A DNA stretch of 64,000 nt from Polyangiaceae bacterium (lineage in GTDB: Bacteria > Myxococcota_A > Polyangia > Polyangiales > Polyangiaceae). Below the pieces are notes generated by a model. The model saw only the letters and a list, made by a program, of their open reading frames with translations, was not told the origin of the DNA and ran no database searches. Shown piece after piece: positions 59,787 to 64,000 of this stretch. Location of the stretch: contig JBILLK010000035.1 in NCBI GenBank assembly GCA_044376115.1, positions 1 through 64,000 of the forward strand, given 5' to 3'. The number at the start of each line of letters is the position of its first letter. Position 1 is the first letter of the stretch. Both the position numbers and the translations under genes were made by a program.

Positions 59787-61082
59787 TCAGTTCGGCGTGA
59801 CCGTGCTCTTCAGCTTCGGGATGCAGGAGGCGTTGTCGAGCAGGGCGACCTCTTTGGAGAAGAGCGTGAGATCCTCGTCGAGCACGTCGAAGCCAAACGC
59901 TGTAGCGCTCACGCCAGCGGTCATACCCACCCCGAGGTCCATGTCGACCTTGCACACATTGTTCGTTACCGCGGCGGAGACCTGTGCGTAGCCCTCGAGG
60001 CCGATATCGATACCGGCGTTGGCAACCACGATATTGAGCTCTGTTTGCAGCTCCGGCCGGATGAAGCAGCGTGCGGTGATCGGCTTGCCAGTATTGAAGG
60101 TTGGTCCGAGCCGCGTGAAGCTGAAGCTCGATTGCGCAATCGGGCTGAGGCCTTCGTCTTTGACGAACTCGACGCCGAAGGCGACGCTCGAGGACTGCTG
60201 CATACCCGCGGTGAGGTTCATGCCCTCCGGTATCTGCACGCTACAACCGAGCACGAGCTTGGGGGTAACGGTGATCACGATGGGGCCGAGCGGGATCGGG
60301 ATGGGCGGGGCGCTGAAGGTCTTCTCGAACTCCTCGTCGACGCCGACCGTGTTCTCGAGCTTGACCTCGAGCTCGGCAGACTGTGATCCGGAGGCGACCG
60401 CGCTGAGTCGCTTGAGGCCTTTGAGGAGGCTGGCGTCCAAGTCGAAGTTGAAGGCCGGCGCGAATTGGAACGTCGCCTTGCTGAGCGTGGCTTTGAGTTG
60501 GTCGTTCTGAAACAGCACCGTGCCGCTCTTGTTGAAGGCGAGCGCCGGGTTGGCCTCGGGATCTCCGCTCGGGGCCTTGGGCGAGATTTTGGCGCCGTCC
60601 TCGGCGACGAACTCGAGGTTCTCGAAGTCGTCGAGCTTTATCGTCGTGACCATGTCGCACGACTCGAAAGCGTCGGCGAGCGATGCCGCTTCGGTCTCGA
60701 TCACGATCTCGTCGCCGGCTTGCGACACGGCGGCGACCTTGCGAATGAAGCCGATCGGGTTGGTAGCGGCGAAGGTCTGGTGCGGGTTACCGATGATGGC
60801 GCTGCCCAGCTCGAGATCGAGCAGCTCGGGGAAGTCGGCCGCGGGTACCCGCAAGCTCGTTTCGGTCACAGTCACAAGGTCGGAGGCGGGGGCTTTGACG
60901 TACGTCGTCGACGCCTTGAGCTCCCAGTTGAGGCCGTCTGGGCGGGCAGGCTTCCAGGTCACTTCGACGCCATCCGGGTCGGACCATTCGGTCGGCTGGA
61001 CCTCCTCTTCTGAGGACTCCTCGCCGCAGGCGGCGATCACGAGGGCAAACGTCGAAAGGAAGAACGTGCTGCGGATAGTCAT
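59787..61082 (-). CDS. hypothetical lipoprotein
   Basis: RBS AAGGAG, lipobox IAA-C, long beta-rich domain. Confidence 0.75.
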   Translation of the reverse strand: MTIRSTFFLSTFALVIAACGEESSEEEVQPTEWSDPDGVEVTWKPARPDGLNWELKASTTYVKAPASDLVTVTETSLRVPAADFPELLDLELGSAIIGNPHQTFAATNPIGFIRKVAAVSQAGDEIVIETEAASLADAFESCDMVTTIKLDDFENLEFVAEDGAKISPKAPSGDPEANPALAFNKSGTVLFQNDQLKATLSKATFQFAPAFNFDLDASLLKGLKRLSAVASGSQSAELEVKLENTVGVDEEFEKTFSAPPIPIPLGPIVITVTPKLVLGCSVQIPEGMNLTAGMQQSSSVAFGVEFVKDEGLSPIAQSSFSFTRLGPTFNTGKPITARCFIRPELQTELNIVVANAGIDIGLEGYAQVSAAVTNNVCKVDMDLGVGMTAGVSATAFGFDVLDEDLTLFSKEVALLDNASCIPKLKSTVTPN

Positions 61083-61295
61083 GGGTATCTCCTTGGCTAA
61101 GCCAGTGTCGTTGACCCCTCGAAGCTAGTCAGCGCGATCTCATAGACGAATCCAGCTATTCGATATAAAGCCCATAGCCATGGACTATGGGTGGGCGCAC
61201 CGCGAGATCGCTAAATATCTATCGTAAACGCGCGGCAGCCTTGGGCGACAAGGCGGGTCTTGTGCCTCGACGACCAGCTGTGGCACCCTCGGTCG

Positions 61296-61541
61296 ATGTC
61301 GAGCAACGTCGTCAATCTGAACCGCTTCCGGAAGAAGAAGGCGCGTGAAGACCGGGTGAAGCAGGCCGAGACGAACAGTCGTTTGCACGGCCGCACCAAG
61401 GCTGAGAAGCAACGCGAGCTGATGGAGCGCAAGCGGGCTTCGCAAGCGCTCGAAGGGAAGCGCCTGGAGGGCGACTCGGCGAACACGGCTTCAGAAGCTG
61501 AGGGAGAGCAGATTGAGCTCAGCGAGGTCCATCGGCCCTAG
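61296..61541 (+). CDS. DUF4169 family protein
   Basis: VVNLNRFRKKKAR......A..N...HGRTKAEK. Confidence 0.85.
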   Translation: MSSNVVNLNRFRKKKAREDRVKQAETNSRLHGRTKAEKQRELMERKRASQALEGKRLEGDSANTASEAEGEQIELSEVHRP

Positions 61542-61578
61542 TAACGCTGTGGCCCGCTCCATGCTCTCAGCGTTCACA

Positions 61579-62217
61579 ATGGATAACCCCGTCTCCTTGC
61601 CACGGCTGAATGAAGCCGCTCCGAACTTTCATGCCAAGACCACCCAAGGAGATCGCTCCTTGCTGGACTACAAGGGCAAGTGGCTGATTCTCTTCTCGCA
61701 CCCAGCTGACTTCACGCCGGTGTGCACCACCGAATTCATCGGCTTTCAGAAGCATGCGGACATCTTTCGCAGCATGAACTGCGAGCTACTCGGCCTCTCG
61801 ATCGACAGCCTCTTTTCTCATTTGGCCTGGATTCAGAACATCAAAGAGAAGTTCGGGGTGGAGATTGGCTTCCCCATCATTGAAGACATCAAAATGGAGG
61901 TCGCCCGCACCTTCGGCATGGTGCATCCCGGAGCCGGTGATACCCAGGCCGTGCGCGCTACTTTCTTCATAGACCCGCACGGCGTGCTGCGCGCCATGGT
62001 TTACTACCCAATGAGCAACGGCCGTAGCATCAGCGAGTTTGTGCGCTTGCTGACCGCCATGCAAACCAGCGACGCCCAGAAAGTCGCCACACCTGAGGGT
62101 TGGACGGTAGGCGCTGACGTGCTCATCCCACCGCCGCGGACCGCTGAAGCCGCCGCCAAGCGCGCCGGCGAGGGCTTCAAAACGACTGACTGGTACTTCT
62201 CCACCAAGTCGCTTTGA
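61579..62217 (+). CDS. peroxiredoxin (Prx6-type)
   Basis: FSHPADFTPVCTTEF, AVRATFFIDP, YYP...GR, ATPEGW. Confidence 0.95.
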   Translation: MDNPVSLPRLNEAAPNFHAKTTQGDRSLLDYKGKWLILFSHPADFTPVCTTEFIGFQKHADIFRSMNCELLGLSIDSLFSHLAWIQNIKEKFGVEIGFPIIEDIKMEVARTFGMVHPGAGDTQAVRATFFIDPHGVLRAMVYYPMSNGRSISEFVRLLTAMQTSDAQKVATPEGWTVGADVLIPPPRTAEAAAKRAGEGFKTTDWYFSTKSL

Positions 62218-62380
62218 GCCATCGCATTCAGGGCCGAGGCGCGAGCGTGCGAACGCCCCCAGCGGGCGGTCTTTGGCTCAAGGCCGATCCGTGAAGGCCC
62301 GAGAGCGCTGATGTTTCACTGGGATGTTGCATCGTGTTTCGCCTAGGGTGGAGTCTCGAAATTCGCGGGGCGAAAGGCGT

Positions 62381-62396
62381 TGGCCTGCGCCATGCA
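62381..62396 (+). promoter_or_regulatory. possible sigma54 promoter
   Basis: TGGCCTGCGCCATGCA (GG-N10-GC) upstream of the outer-membrane barrel gene. Confidence 0.3.
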
Positions 62397-62474
62397 AAGG
62401 ATCCTCTAGGAAACACCGTGCAACGTCGTCGTCGGGTAGCAATGCGTATTGGTTTTGAGCGAGGGCTCGTTGGG

Positions 62475-63914
62475 ATGAACGTGGCTCTCGCCGCTGCGCT
62501 TCTGGCCGCTCCCGTAGCGGCCCAGACCGTCGGCGCGCCGGACAATGCAGCGGCGCCCAACGCAGCGGCGCCCAAAGCAACGCCGCCCCCCAAGACCGAG
62601 AACTCGAAGCCTTGGCGTCTTTACGAGGCATTGGGCACGGAGCCGTACTTCAAGTTTGGGCTCGAGCATCGGGTGCGGTTGGAGCACCTGGTGAATGACT
62701 TCCGCGCAAGCACACCTTTGGACGCCTCGGCCATCGCCTTTCGAACGCTGCTGAGCGCCGAGGGAAAGCTCGGGCCGGTAGTGCTCGGCGCGGAGCTGCA
62801 AGACTCACGGCAGATCGCCACCGATGAAACGCCAGTGAACACCGGGGCGATCAACACCTTTGAGCTTTTGCAGGGGTACATCGGAATCCGCGCCAAGGAC
62901 GTACTGGCGAAGGGTGATTCGCTCGAGGTTCTGTTTGGTCGTCAGACCATGGATCTCGCGAATCGTCGCCTGGTCGCGCGCAATGACTTCCGCAATACCT
63001 CCAATGGCTATTCGGGGTTGTCCCTCAATTGGCTGAGCACGGACAAACATCAGGTTCGGTCCTTTGCATTCTTTCCGGTCAATCGGTTGGTTAGCGAGGA
63101 AGAGGAGCTGCGGGACAACCTGACCGAGTTCGACCAGGAGAATACGCATCAGATATTATGGGGTAGTTACGTACTGCTCAATTCGGTGTTGGATAGCTCG
63201 AACGTGGAGTTCTACGTGGTCGGCCTGCATGAGTCGGACGGAGCGGTGGAGTCGGCGAACCGTCGTTTGACGACGCCGGTGCTGCGCTGGTTTCGGCCTG
63301 CAGCGGCCGGTCAGTTCGACTTCCAGCTCGAGGGGATGGCGCAACTCGGGCGCTCGCGAGCCAGCAACAAGCCTGAGGATGTTCGGGACCTCGAGCACCG
63401 TGCATTCGCCACGCACGCCTCGCTGGGCTACCAAGTAGCGGTGCCATGGGCGCCGCGTTTTTCGCTCGGGCATGACTACGCGACAGGTGATGCTTCTCCA
63501 GAGGACGACGAGAACAACCGCTTTGATACCTTGTTTGGCGCTCGGCGCTTTGAGTTTGGCCCGACTGGCCTCTTTGGCGCGCTCAGTCGTAACAACGTAG
63601 TCTCTCCGTTCGTCCGCTTCGAGGCCGTGCCGATCAAGCCGATTGAACTGATGACGTCGCATCGTTTGGCTTGGCTCGCGAGTCCCACCGACGCTTGGGT
63701 TCCGGCGGGACAACGTGATGAGTCCGGCAGCTCTGGCACCTTCATCGGATACCTCGCTGAGTTGCGGGCACGTTGGACTCCATTCCCCAAGAACCTAAAC
63801 TTCGAGTTCGGAGGGGCCGTGCTCACCCGTGGCGGCTTCGCCAAAGAAACAGCGCCGGGAACGCGCGGAGCGCCCCCCCTCTATAGTTATCTCCAAGCCA
63901 CGGCAGCGCTGTAG
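62475..63914 (+). CDS. alginate export family outer-membrane beta-barrel
   Basis: ELQDSR, ELLQ.Y, GRQTMDL..RRLVARNDFRNT.N, YATGD..P.D..N.RFDTLFGARRF. Confidence 0.85.
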   Translation: MNVALAAALLAAPVAAQTVGAPDNAAAPNAAAPKATPPPKTENSKPWRLYEALGTEPYFKFGLEHRVRLEHLVNDFRASTPLDASAIAFRTLLSAEGKLGPVVLGAELQDSRQIATDETPVNTGAINTFELLQGYIGIRAKDVLAKGDSLEVLFGRQTMDLANRRLVARNDFRNTSNGYSGLSLNWLSTDKHQVRSFAFFPVNRLVSEEEELRDNLTEFDQENTHQILWGSYVLLNSVLDSSNVEFYVVGLHESDGAVESANRRLTTPVLRWFRPAAAGQFDFQLEGMAQLGRSRASNKPEDVRDLEHRAFATHASLGYQVAVPWAPRFSLGHDYATGDASPEDDENNRFDTLFGARRFEFGPTGLFGALSRNNVVSPFVRFEAVPIKPIELMTSHRLAWLASPTDAWVPAGQRDESGSSGTFIGYLAELRARWTPFPKNLNFEFGGAVLTRGGFAKETAPGTRGAPPLYSYLQATAAL

Positions 63915-63931
63915 CGCTGGTTGGGCGTCAT

Positions 63932-64000
63932 TCAACCGCAGGTTGATGCAGCGAACAGAATGGCTCGGGCCTTCTTCGACAACGACGGCCGAAGGCCCCG
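63932..64000 (+). mobile_element. 97-bp structured element (copy 3, cut by window end)
   Basis: TCAACC-GCA-GGTTGA TGCAGCGAACAG AATGGCTCGGGCC...GGCCGAAGGCC. Confidence 0.8.

Noticed and set aside
1..64000. tRNA, rRNA, transposase, integrase or prophage genes
   Set aside because: No supporting motifs seen; vgrG and PAAR are phage-tail homologues but no other phage genes occur

Overview
GC-rich (roughly two-thirds G+C by eye) accessory region whose gene content points to a myxobacterium, probably Polyangiales (inference). It has many lipoproteins with Gly/Ser or Cys-rich linkers, three Hanks-type Ser/Thr kinases, a TIGR02996-LRR protein and several Uma2 endonucleases. No rRNA, tRNA, CRISPR array or transposase was found. 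Main observations: (1) an orphan vgrG faces a divergent five-gene PAAR operon that includes a candidate His...Cys permuted papain-like effector, and the locus is bracketed by a duplicated Uma2 + palindrome module; (2) a 45-bp GYGACA-N33-TGTCRC palindrome family occurs in exact 94-bp-period arrays, with a sister family; (3) a structured 97-bp element is present in four copies, one of them inserted in a cysteine-synthase gene; (4) a ~137-bp segment is inverted inside a beta-propeller lipoprotein gene; (5) six Uma2 genes or remnants are present. Several 1-nt frameshifts and abrupt gene junctions may be assembly artefacts. All family calls come from motif recognition by eye, not from database searches.
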